Source of the DNA: an uncultured Clostridia bacterium
GTDB lineage: Bacteria > Bacillota > Clostridia > Oscillospirales > JAAYOS01
Assembly: GCA_947585215.1 (NCBI GenBank)
Contig: CANPWY010000002.1
Location: forward strand, 1-56,373
Direction: 5' to 3'
Length of the DNA: 56,373 bases
Every line of letters starts with the position of its first letter. The stretch's first letter is position 1. Positions 35,062 through 43,700 of the stretch are shown here, piece by piece. Under the pieces are notes generated by a model. It did not search any database, was not told the origin of the DNA, and saw only the letters and a list, made by a program, of their open reading frames with translations. Position numbers and translations under genes: made by a program.

Positions 35062-36300
35062 ATGGACGAACTGAGAGCAAGGACAAATCCCGCCTTCAAC
35101 GGAGCCAAGTCGACGCTGGTGTACCTCGTGGAGGCCGGGGACGGGAACGCGGCCATGATGGCGGGGGAGCTGAACATCGACCCCAACGCCGTGTTCGGCG
35201 GCGAGAAGAGGGACGCTCTGAGTATGGGCATGATGGCCACCGTGGACGCCGGCTACGAGATCATGAACAAGATCATGTCCTCCGTGCCGGAGAAGACCAT
35301 CGTCGATCTGGGCTGCGGCTACACTCCCCGGGCGCTGATCCCGGAGCTTGAAAACAAGCACTACATAGGCTGTGACCTGCCCATCGTCATCGACGAGATG
35401 GCTCCGCTCGCAAAGAAGCTTCTTGCGGGCAAAAACCGCCCCGCCCCGGCGGAGTACAAGGCGGCGGACTTCACAAACTACGACTCTCTGCGCGCCGCTC
35501 TGAACGGCGTGGAGGGGCCGGTGTGCCTCGAAAGTCAGAGCACGCTGGACTACCTCACTCAGTCGGAGGTGCGTCAGCTCTGCGCCAACGTGCGCCGGGT
35601 GCTTGTGGAGTTCGGCGGCCGCTGGCTCACCCCGGACGTTGAGGCGGGCGACCGCACGGTGAACACGCTGATGGCCGTCGTGGGCGCGGACGCCCTGCGG
35701 GATGTTATGAGCGCCTTCACCACGCTGTCCTCCGAGACGGACGTAGTGGTGGGTGACAATGATATGATCATCCGCTACGGCTATACGGATGACATTCCCA
35801 AGTGCGCGGCTCTGCTGAAAGAGGTCGGTCTGAAGGCAAAGAAGATCACCATGAGCGATTACATGCCCGAGCTGAAGGTGTTTGGAAAGCTCAACGATGA
35901 ACAGCGGGCGGCCATGAAGAAGGCATACGAAAGCCTGAACGCGTGGGAGCTGACCCCTGACCCCGACTGGACCGAGCCCGAGGCGAAGACGGGCGGCGAA
36001 TTCGGCATTGACACCGCCGTGAACGGCTCTGACCTCACCGTCACCCTGCGGGGCCGGGTGGACTCGCTCACTGCGCCGGAGTTCCTCGCCGCCTTTGAAA
36101 AGGTCGCCGGGGAGAACGCCCTCGCCGCCGCGACGGTGGATATGTCGAACCTTGAGTACATCTCCTCCGCCGGACTCCGTGTCCTGCTCATCATGACGAA
36201 GCGCCTCGGCGCGGGCCATGTGATCGTCACCGGCGCAAACGAGCTAATCCGCTCCATCTTCGAGCAGACCGGCTATGACGACATTCTGAGGATACGATAA
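35062..36300 (+). CDS. class I SAM-dependent methyltransferase-like domain fused to a C-terminal STAS domain
   Basis: N-terminal region with IVDLGCGYTPRAL (motif I, Leu-carboxyl/TcmP-like). The C-terminal 100 aa reads LRGRVDSLTAPEFLAAF...VDMSNLEYISSAGLRVLLIM, paralogous to the stand-alone STAS protein. Confidence 0.7.
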   Translation: MDELRARTNPAFNGAKSTLVYLVEAGDGNAAMMAGELNIDPNAVFGGEKRDALSMGMMATVDAGYEIMNKIMSSVPEKTIVDLGCGYTPRALIPELENKHYIGCDLPIVIDEMAPLAKKLLAGKNRPAPAEYKAADFTNYDSLRAALNGVEGPVCLESQSTLDYLTQSEVRQLCANVRRVLVEFGGRWLTPDVEAGDRTVNTLMAVVGADALRDVMSAFTTLSSETDVVVGDNDMIIRYGYTDDIPKCAALLKEVGLKAKKITMSDYMPELKVFGKLNDEQRAAMKKAYESLNAWELTPDPDWTEPEAKTGGEFGIDTAVNGSDLTVTLRGRVDSLTAPEFLAAFEKVAGENALAAATVDMSNLEYISSAGLRVLLIMTKRLGAGHVIVTGANELIRSIFEQTGYDDILRIR

Positions 36301-36328
36301 CACAACAAATCACAAGGAGGAACAAAAA

Positions 36329-36577
36329 ATGAACGACGAAAAGAAACTGAACGAAAAGAAGCTGGACGAAAAGACCTTGGAAGAGGTCACCGGCGGGAAC
36401 AGCATATCGGATGAGTATAAGGCGGAAGAGTGGTACTTTATCGTTGACAACTGCATCGGCTACTGCGTCTACGAGGGTCCGGGGGGCTGCCCCTACGCAG
36501 ATAAGCACGCCGCCTACGCCGCCAGAAACCCCGACGGCTCCTGCCCCGGTCAGAAGAAGCACAAAGACTTAATGTAA
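36329..36577 (+). CDS. GG-leader peptide P16 (4-Cys family, orphan copy)
   Basis: RBS AAGGAGGAACAAAAA-ATG. Leader MNDEKKLNEKKLDEKTLEEVTGG. Core has NCIGYC...GGCPY...GSCP. Confidence 0.8.
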   Translation: MNDEKKLNEKKLDEKTLEEVTGGNSISDEYKAEEWYFIVDNCIGYCVYEGPGGCPYADKHAAYAARNPDGSCPGQKKHKDLM

Positions 36578-36584
36578 AAACTTT

Positions 36585-36606
36585 CCCCGCCGCGTCTGCG
36601 GCGGGG
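36585..36606 (+). terminator. hairpin after P16
   Basis: CCCCGCCGC / GTCT / GCGGCGGGG. The U-run is weak. Confidence 0.45.
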
Positions 36607-36669
36607 AGTCTCTTGCGCGCGGAGGGGACGTAAAAACCGCCGCCGTGCGAAAAACAGGGAGGAAATATC

Positions 36670-37629
36670 ATGGACATAAACTATCTTTTGTTCCTGCAGG
36701 ACTTGAGGGAAAAGACGGGCGGTGTGATGGACGGCGTCTTCGGCTTCATAACGAAGCTCGGCGAGTCCTCCGCCGTCCTGCTCGTGCTCGCTCTGCTCTA
36801 CTGGTGCCTGGAGAAGCGCGAGGGGATACTGCTGATGCTCGGCTTCTTCGGCAATCGGCTCGTGAACGGCTTCGTGAAGATCACCGCCTGCGTCTACCGT
36901 CCGTGGATACGGGACGCGCGGGTGACCCCGGTTCCGTCGGCCATGGCGGACGCCACCGGCTACTCCTTCCCCAGCGGCCACTCCGCCAACGCCACGAGCC
37001 TCTGGGGCGGCCTCGCCGCGGATAAGAAGATGCCGAAGGCCGCAAGGGTACTGCTCGTCGTGCTCGTGGTGCTTATAGGCTTTTCGCGCAACTATCTCGG
37101 CGTACACACGCCGCAGGACGTGGCGGTGTCCATCGTTCTGGGCGCGGCGACGCTCTTCGCGGCGTACAAGATAATGGCGATGCTCGATAGTCACCCCAAT
37201 AGGGACGTCTGGGTGCTCCTCGGCGGCGTTATATTGAGCCTCCTGCTCGTGCTGTATGCGGCGCTCAAGTCCTACCCCACGGACTACGACGCGGCGGGAG
37301 CGCTCATCGTCGACCCCGCCAAGATGGCGGCGGACTCCTACAAGAACGCCGGAATGGCGCTCGGCTTCTTTGTCGGCTGGTTTTTGGATCGCCGCGTCAT
37401 CAAGATGCCCGACTGCGCGAATAACAACACGCGCATCGTGCGTGCCATACTCGGTGCTGCGGTCTTCGGGCTCGTGGAGAACTACGCCGCGCCGTGGCTC
37501 GGCTCCGTCGTGGGCGGGAACATGGGCAAGTTCATTCAGCAGTTCGCCCTTGTGTTCTTCATTCTGGCGCTCATGCCGCTGGTGTTCAAGCTCACCGACC
37601 GCCTGACGGCCGGGGGCAAGAAAGCCTGA
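36670..37629 (+). CDS. PAP2 family membrane phosphatase
   Basis: Multi-TM. PAP2 motifs CVYRPW, PSGHSANA, SRNYLGVHTPQD. Confidence 0.85.
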   Translation: MDINYLLFLQDLREKTGGVMDGVFGFITKLGESSAVLLVLALLYWCLEKREGILLMLGFFGNRLVNGFVKITACVYRPWIRDARVTPVPSAMADATGYSFPSGHSANATSLWGGLAADKKMPKAARVLLVVLVVLIGFSRNYLGVHTPQDVAVSIVLGAATLFAAYKIMAMLDSHPNRDVWVLLGGVILSLLLVLYAALKSYPTDYDAAGALIVDPAKMAADSYKNAGMALGFFVGWFLDRRVIKMPDCANNNTRIVRAILGAAVFGLVENYAAPWLGSVVGGNMGKFIQQFALVFFILALMPLVFKLTDRLTAGGKKA

Positions 37630-37666
37630 GAGCGCGAAACCTTTACAGATACATACAGGTACAACG

Positions 37667-37691
37667 AGAGGCGGGCATAATGCCCGCCTCT
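37667..37691. terminator. bidirectional terminator hairpin between convergent genes
   Basis: AGAGGCGGGCA / TAA / TGCCCGCCTCT, an 11-bp stem. Confidence 0.55.
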
Positions 37692-37708
37692 TCGCACACC
37701 GGAAGACT

Positions 37709-38131
37709 CTACTCGTCTGCCGCTTTTTCGTCTGCCTTGGCTTTTCTTACTCGGTCATAAAAGGTGGACATGCCTATGCCGCAAAGGCTTGCGGCCGCGT
37801 CCGCCGAGATGCGCTTTTCCAGGTACAGCTTCATTACCTCCGGGAAGTTCTTCGGCAAAACCGCGGGACGGCGTCCAACATGTATGCCCGCGGTTTTGGC
37901 GCGCATGATGCCGTCGGCCTGAGCGGCTTTTTGCCGCGTCTTTCTGCCTTCCTCCAGCGCTGTGGCTATCATGGGAAGCAGCCGGTCCACTATCCGTTCC
38001 GGGGTGTCCGTTTCGTCCAAAATCTCCCGCGCCTGCTCCGCGAGCTGTTCATAAGTCCCCGGAAGCAGGTATTCCTGCATATCACGCTTATCCACCTTCT
38101 GTGATCCTCCCTTCGTATACTTTGCGCCCAT
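37709..38131 (-). CDS. small DNA-binding protein with a resolvase-type C-terminal HTH; no recombinase catalytic domain
   Basis: 140 aa. The C-terminus KRISADAAASLCGIGMSTFYDRVRK resembles HTH_7. The N-terminus has no serine-recombinase motif. Confidence 0.5.
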   Translation of the reverse strand: MGAKYTKGGSQKVDKRDMQEYLLPGTYEQLAEQAREILDETDTPERIVDRLLPMIATALEEGRKTRQKAAQADGIMRAKTAGIHVGRRPAVLPKNFPEVMKLYLEKRISADAAASLCGIGMSTFYDRVRKAKADEKAADE

Positions 38132-38150
38132 CTGCCCCGCTCCGGGGGCG

Positions 38151-39251
38151 TCATGTATTCCATTTCAGCCGGCCGTAGCCTAAGATACAAGCGTCGTCCA
38201 TGTCGTAGCTCCGCACGGCCGCGCGTCCCTTACTGCCGCTGTTGCCTTCGATGGTGTACACTCTGCCATTTTCCGTGAACAGCACGACTCCCACGTGGTC
38301 AGGGTCAGTGTCGTTCTTCCAGTCGAAGAATATCAGGTCGCCGGGGATAATGCCTTTTAGTGGCGGTGTGTCAATCGTTTCGGCTCTTGTAATCCATTCT
38401 CCGTAATTTCCGCTGCTTCCGCCGGTGCCTTGGAATCCTTCCATACCTTCCTTTACGTTCGCAAACTTTGGCGGCGTGGTATAGTCCAGATTATCCTTTA
38501 CCTGCTCTATTCCCCAAGACACGAAGCAGGCGCACCACGGGGTATTTTCGTCCCAGCCTCCGGAGTATGTGCCGTTCTGATACCACTGAGAGAAATATTG
38601 TGGATCACCCGCCGAGGCACCGCGTATCTCGCCTGTGCTTCCGATCTGACCGAGGAGGGCGTACAACATATCAAATCTGGCATCAATCTCCGTTTGGTTA
38701 CTACCCGTTGTGAAACTGCTCTTTTTACTATTCAGTATATTTTTGATATTCTCTGCCGTCGCTGTGCTCGCGACGTCGCCGGTGCGGCAATACACGCTCG
38801 TCGAGAAGACCTCATCCTCCGACATTTTCAGCGTAAATGTCAGGAGACCGCCATTCAGCTCCGCCTCAAAGCCTTGTACATCCTCCATCAGCACGGAGCC
38901 GCCGGAGCATGTCTCGGCTACGGAGTCATAACTTCCGCCGGTGCAGATGGTATTGCCGCTTGCATCGAAGTAGAGCAGAACGGGAGCGCCGCCGGCCGTC
39001 TTATCGCCGAGCAGGGCGACGTCGCCATCGACGGCCGTCCGCACATTCTTCACCGCATCGTCCTCGGCGAAGCTTTCCATCGCGGTGAGGATTATGCGCT
39101 CTGTCTCCTGCCGGCCGATGTCCTCCTGAGCGGAAGCCCACAGCCTCATGCACATCAGCAGAAAGGACATGGCCGTCAGGGTGACGATAGAGGCGCACAC
39201 TATCGTCGCAAGCATCTCAACGAGCGTAAAGCCTCCGTTCTTCTTTCCCAC
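38151..39251 (-). CDS. prepilin-type minor pilin fused to a C-terminal CHAP (Cys/His amidohydrolase-peptidase) domain
   Basis: GTG start with RBS GAAAGGAGG. Class III signal KKNGG/FTLVEML. The C-terminal domain has PWCACFVSWG (catalytic Cys), PDHVGVVL (His) and TIEGNSG. Confidence 0.8.
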   Translation of the reverse strand: MGKKNGGFTLVEMLATIVCASIVTLTAMSFLLMCMRLWASAQEDIGRQETERIILTAMESFAEDDAVKNVRTAVDGDVALLGDKTAGGAPVLLYFDASGNTICTGGSYDSVAETCSGGSVLMEDVQGFEAELNGGLLTFTLKMSEDEVFSTSVYCRTGDVASTATAENIKNILNSKKSSFTTGSNQTEIDARFDMLYALLGQIGSTGEIRGASAGDPQYFSQWYQNGTYSGGWDENTPWCACFVSWGIEQVKDNLDYTTPPKFANVKEGMEGFQGTGGSSGNYGEWITRAETIDTPPLKGIIPGDLIFFDWKNDTDPDHVGVVLFTENGRVYTIEGNSGSKGRAAVRSYDMDDACILGYGRLKWNT

Positions 39252-39270
39252 GGGAACCCGTCCTCCTTTC

Positions 39271-39690
39271 CTATGCGCCGGATGTGCCGATCGTGTATGA
39301 TTCGTACTCTATTCCGAGGATGTCACCGCCGGAAGTAACGACATCTACCTTGAGCTTCGCCGTCACCGTCACGGAGCCGGACGTTGCCGTGACCGTGACC
39401 GAACTGCTGCCCGCCGGATCTACGATCGCGCTCGTGCCTGGCACTGGTGCGTGATAACCTGTCACCACATCCGCAAATGTGGGGTCGACCTTTTGCTCGA
39501 GAAGCCACGCGCAGAAGCGCTCGATTTCCCCCTCCGCCGTGTATTTGTCCTTCATCTGCCGCACCGCCGCCGCCTGGACCTGCAGGTTCCGAAGCGAGGC
39601 GGAACAGACCGCAAGCCCCAGCGCCGACACGATAACTATGACTATGAGCACATATACGAGCACATAGCCGCCCTTGCGTCCCTTCATCAT
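39271..39690 (-). CDS. PilX/ComGG-like minor pilin
   Basis: N-terminus MMKGRKGGYVLVYVLIVIVIVSALGLAV, a hydrophobic pilin-like helix without Glu5. Operon context. Confidence 0.55.
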   Translation of the reverse strand: MMKGRKGGYVLVYVLIVIVIVSALGLAVCSASLRNLQVQAAAVRQMKDKYTAEGEIERFCAWLLEQKVDPTFADVVTGYHAPVPGTSAIVDPAGSSSVTVTATSGSVTVTAKLKVDVVTSGGDILGIEYESYTIGTSGA

Positions 39691-39692
39691 TC

Positions 39693-40088
39693 TCAGCCTC
39701 CCGAAACCGCCGCCGCACGGATGCAGGTCGTGACCGTCACGTCCTCCGCGACGGTGCTTGTCACCGTCACATCGTAGGCGTTGAGACCGGAGCCCGTCGG
39801 CACATTCGCCGGTTCCGCCGACACGGTGACTTTATAATCGCCCGAAAGACCGTTGTATGTGCCGCCCGTGCTAGGCAAGAGTTTGGTGGTGTCGATACCC
39901 TCGGCCATCAGAGTCTCGACCGCCCGGGAGACGTCCCACCGCGCCTGCATTATCTGCTCACTGCGGGCGTTTATCCTGTGCGCCATGACAAGACAGCCTC
40001 CCAGCGCCGCCGCGACTATCCCCAATACAGCTATTGCCGTCAACACTTCCACCAGGCTGAAGCCTGCACTGCCGTGTTTTCTCTCCAT
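39693..40088 (-). CDS. prepilin-type N-terminal cleavage/methylation domain minor pilin
   Basis: ATG with RBS GAGGAAA. MERKHGSAG/FSLVEVLTAIAVLGIV. Confidence 0.75.
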   Translation of the reverse strand: MERKHGSAGFSLVEVLTAIAVLGIVAAALGGCLVMAHRINARSEQIMQARWDVSRAVETLMAEGIDTTKLLPSTGGTYNGLSGDYKVTVSAEPANVPTGSGLNAYDVTVTSTVAEDVTVTTCIRAAAVSGG

Positions 40089-40098
40089 AGCCGTTTCC

Positions 40099-40761
40099 TC
40101 AGTCAAAGATGTTCTGCTTGCCGGGCTCCGTGCCGCCGCTCACATCCGGCTGTTCATACTCCTGTTCGTGGTCGAGCAGGTAGAGCCGAAGCGTCATCGT
40201 GCCCTGAGCGGTGTCGGTCTCGGGGTCGTACTGCAGCGTGCATCCCTCGATGGAGGTGATGTACTCGGTGTCGGTGGCAAATCGGTTTATCACGTCCTTG
40301 AAGCCCTGATATGTGGTCTTATAGCCCACCGTGAGGGTGAGCGCGCCGAGTGTCGAACCGTCGCCGAGCGGGGCGATGCCGCTCGGCGAGCCGAAGCTGA
40401 ACGTTCCTCCCGTTTCGGTGACGTAGGGCAGGATCTCTCCGTCCTTAAACACGTCCTCGAGGTATATGATGTAGAGAATCTGATCCTCCTCTTTCATTTC
40501 TGCGGGGAAATGGCTGTAAAGCTCCTCGCGGCTCTCGTCAAGAGCCGCCTTTTCGCTTTCGAGCAGATCCTGGACCTCGGCGTAGACGGTCTCCTCCGCT
40601 ATCTCGTTCTGAAGCATCGCTATCTGACCGTCGAGCATGGAGGAGGTCGTACGATACGCTTCGCTTGCGGGGCGATAGAGCGAGAAAGCGATGTACGCGC
40701 CCACCGCGAGCATCAGCACTGAGAGGACGGCTATCCAGTATTTAGAGAAGAACTTCTTCAT
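40099..40761 (-). CDS. pilO: PilO-like pilus assembly protein
   Basis: One N-terminal TM, a coiled-coil segment, then an alpha/beta domain. ATGA overlap with the upstream pilM/N gene. Confidence 0.6.
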   Translation of the reverse strand: MKKFFSKYWIAVLSVLMLAVGAYIAFSLYRPASEAYRTTSSMLDGQIAMLQNEIAEETVYAEVQDLLESEKAALDESREELYSHFPAEMKEEDQILYIIYLEDVFKDGEILPYVTETGGTFSFGSPSGIAPLGDGSTLGALTLTVGYKTTYQGFKDVINRFATDTEYITSIEGCTLQYDPETDTAQGTMTLRLYLLDHEQEYEQPDVSGGTEPGKQNIFD

Positions 40762-43700
40762 TCAAACGCCACCTCCAGCCTCTGCCGCATATCCGCCCTC
40801 GAAAGTCCCTTGCGCTCAAGCTCGGCCTGGATAAGCGACTCCTTGTAGGGCAGGGCGACGGTAAAGAATATCCGATTGTCCTGCGGCTGCTCCTGCTCGC
40901 CGCCGCCGAGCTCTCCGGGGAATGCGCCTCCGCTCAGCTGCTGCATGACCTGACCCAGCAGGTTTTGCAGGCCCTCCTGGTTCCAGTTTTCTATGTCTAT
41001 GCCGCGCCAGTCGATGGCGCTCCAATCCACGCCGCTGAGGTCGATGCCGTTCTGTTCGTAAACTGCTCCCGTCAGATACTCGATCACCGGCGCGATCGTC
41101 GGGACATCCATCGGGTCGACCGGGTTCCCGTCCGCGTCGACGAGGCGGCCGGTATTCGGGTCGGCGTGAACTCCGACGGTCTCTCCGACGTCGGGCTCCG
41201 GCGATACATCCGGCTCCGGTTCCGTCACATCCGGCAGCGGCCAAAGGTCGTCCGCGATTCGCTCGGCATTTTCCTCGGACGCAAGCGTGTTCCAATTTAA
41301 CTCCCGCCAGTCTACTAAGCTCCAGTCGGCGGTGTTGACGTCCGCGTCTACGCCCGCAAACCTGCGGATCACCGCCTCCTGCCGAACCCCATCAAGAAGT
41401 TCGTCCAGCTCGGAACGCTTGGTCGGGTCTATGACCGCGCCGCTTGAGTCCACGAGCCGCCCCGTCCTGCTTGCAATGCGCAGACCCGTCCTCGGGTCGA
41501 GGTAGAGACTGCTGTTGTTCGGGTCGGCATAGAGAGTGTAATAATAGCGGTTTGTCTGTGGGTTATAGGCAATATCCAAAAGCTGAATCCAAGCCTGCTC
41601 GCACAGGGTTTCCACTATCTCGTCCATAGACATCACGCGCCAGTTTATACTTGTCCAGTCGGTTTTCTCCCAGTTGACGTCATTAGCGTCGATCCCTACT
41701 CTCGTCTGAAGAACGCCGGTCACGAGCAGGGAGTACTTATCCATCTTGTCAATATAAATCGGGTCCGGATAGACAAACTCCCCGGTCTCCGGGTCGATGA
41801 GCTTCTTCGTTTCCCTGTCTATATTCAGGTTCGTCCGCAGGTCGAAGAGCTGCTTCGTGTCCCGGTGGATATACTCGAGGGTCGCTCTGTCGACGTACTG
41901 CTTGGTCTCCTTCTCGTACAGGAGGTCGTCACTGCCCGAGACGATGAGCAGTCCGGTCTCCGGGTCGATGTACATCCCGGTCTCGGGATCTCTCTCGGTC
42001 GGCTTCTGCGCGGTGCCGCTGCCGCTGCCGGAGCCGGTACCGGTGCCGGTTCCAGTACCTGTACCCGTGCCCGTACTGCTTCCGCTGCCTGTCCCCGAGC
42101 TGCTGCCGGTACTGAGGTCAAGACCCATCTCCGCCGCGAGGTAGTACGCGAGCACCCGGCTGAGGTCGCTGTCCTTCATGACGAGTGCCTCGCAGTCGGT
42201 GAGGTGGGCCGCGGTGAACTCGGTCATCAGCTGCTTCACACTGCTGAGGTCCATGTCCTTCATTATCGGGATGAGCTCCCTCAGCGCGTCGGTGTTTCCT
42301 GTCTGAGCGCCCGCGAACGCCGCCGCGGCCTTGTCCATGATCCCGGGAGGCAGGAGGTTCTGGTGCAGGAAGCCGAAGCCGAGTATACTGCCTATCATCT
42401 CCGGGCTGTCCCAGACCTGCTCACCGAACAGGTAGAGCGCGAAGGGATTCTCGAGCATCGCCATGAACGCGTCCTCACGCTGTGCTTCGGTGGCGCGTCC
42501 CATCAGATAGCCGAGGGTATACTTCTCCGTGCTCGTCTCCGCGCACATGGAAACGGCGACGGCCCTGCGCTTCTCCTCCGGCACCTTCCCGATGATGTCC
42601 TTCACGGCGTCGACGTCGCTTGAATTTATCCGCTCTCCCGCCGCCACACGCCTTGCGATGTCCTTGAGGGTATTCTTGTCCTGAGTGGTGAGCTCGCTTA
42701 TGCCGTCGAGCGCGTCGACGGCGTCAAGTACGGCGGAGCCGCTGCCCTTGACGGGCGGCTCCTCGGACGATGTTCCGTAGGCGGCGAGATCCTCCATTCC
42801 GGGCAGAGTAAGGTCGAGACCTTCGGGCAGGGTGACGCCGGCATTTTCCAAGCCGGTCCCGCCGGACGCCGCAGAGCCTGCGGCGGGAAGTCCCGCACCG
42901 GAGAGCACCGACAGCACCTCCGAGCCGCTCGGGGCGTTCGGGCCCCGCGTCAGGTCGGAGATGTACAGCGGCTCCCCGGCGTACTCGAGCGAGCGCAGCG
43001 CCTGGATGGTATACGCCGCGTCTATCTCGTCCTCGCAGACAAAGCGCAGGCCGAGACCGTTGGGGGCGATGCCGATGTCGTACACGCTCACGCCCTCGGG
43101 CAGAACGCGCTCCAGCTCCTCGAGTATCAGGACGAGGTTGTCGTTGTATGTACGGAGCGCACCGGGCGACTCCGCGCCCTCCTCGTCCGAGCCGAGGAGG
43201 GTCTGCCAGTCGGAGGTGTAGCTGTTGTAATAGTTCACATAGCTGTTCCAGTTCTGCTCATAGCCGCTTATCGGCGCAAGCTGGACTTCGAGCGTCTGCA
43301 AAGTTTGATTCTTTCCGGCAAGTGAGGTGCTCCACTGGAACGCCGAGCCGAAGTATGTAAGGAGCGTCACCGCGAGAACGCCGCCCGCCGCAAGGAGCAG
43401 TCCGTACTGCCAGAACTTGCTGAGGAGGTTCGGGCGGCCGGGGAAGTTCATCTCCACGTCGCCGAAGTCGAGCCGCGTCCTCGCCACACCGGCGCAGAGG
43501 CACCATTCGGTGCCGATAAGCCCGCTCTGACCCTCCGCCGGCTTCCGGAGCGTACTCGCCACGCGCTCGATGTATTCCGGGTCGCCGGAGCCCGCGCCGC
43601 AGACGACGACGCGGATATTGTTCTCCCCCTGCCGCTCGGTCTCGTAGAGCTCGAGCACCATCCGCGCGTCGCCGAGCTCGTCAACATACGGGCCGCCCTG

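Noticed and set aside
37709-38131. Serine recombinase or mobile element boundary
   Set aside because: Only the HTH portion is present. No catalytic domain, terminal inverted repeats, integrase or transposase is seen nearby.
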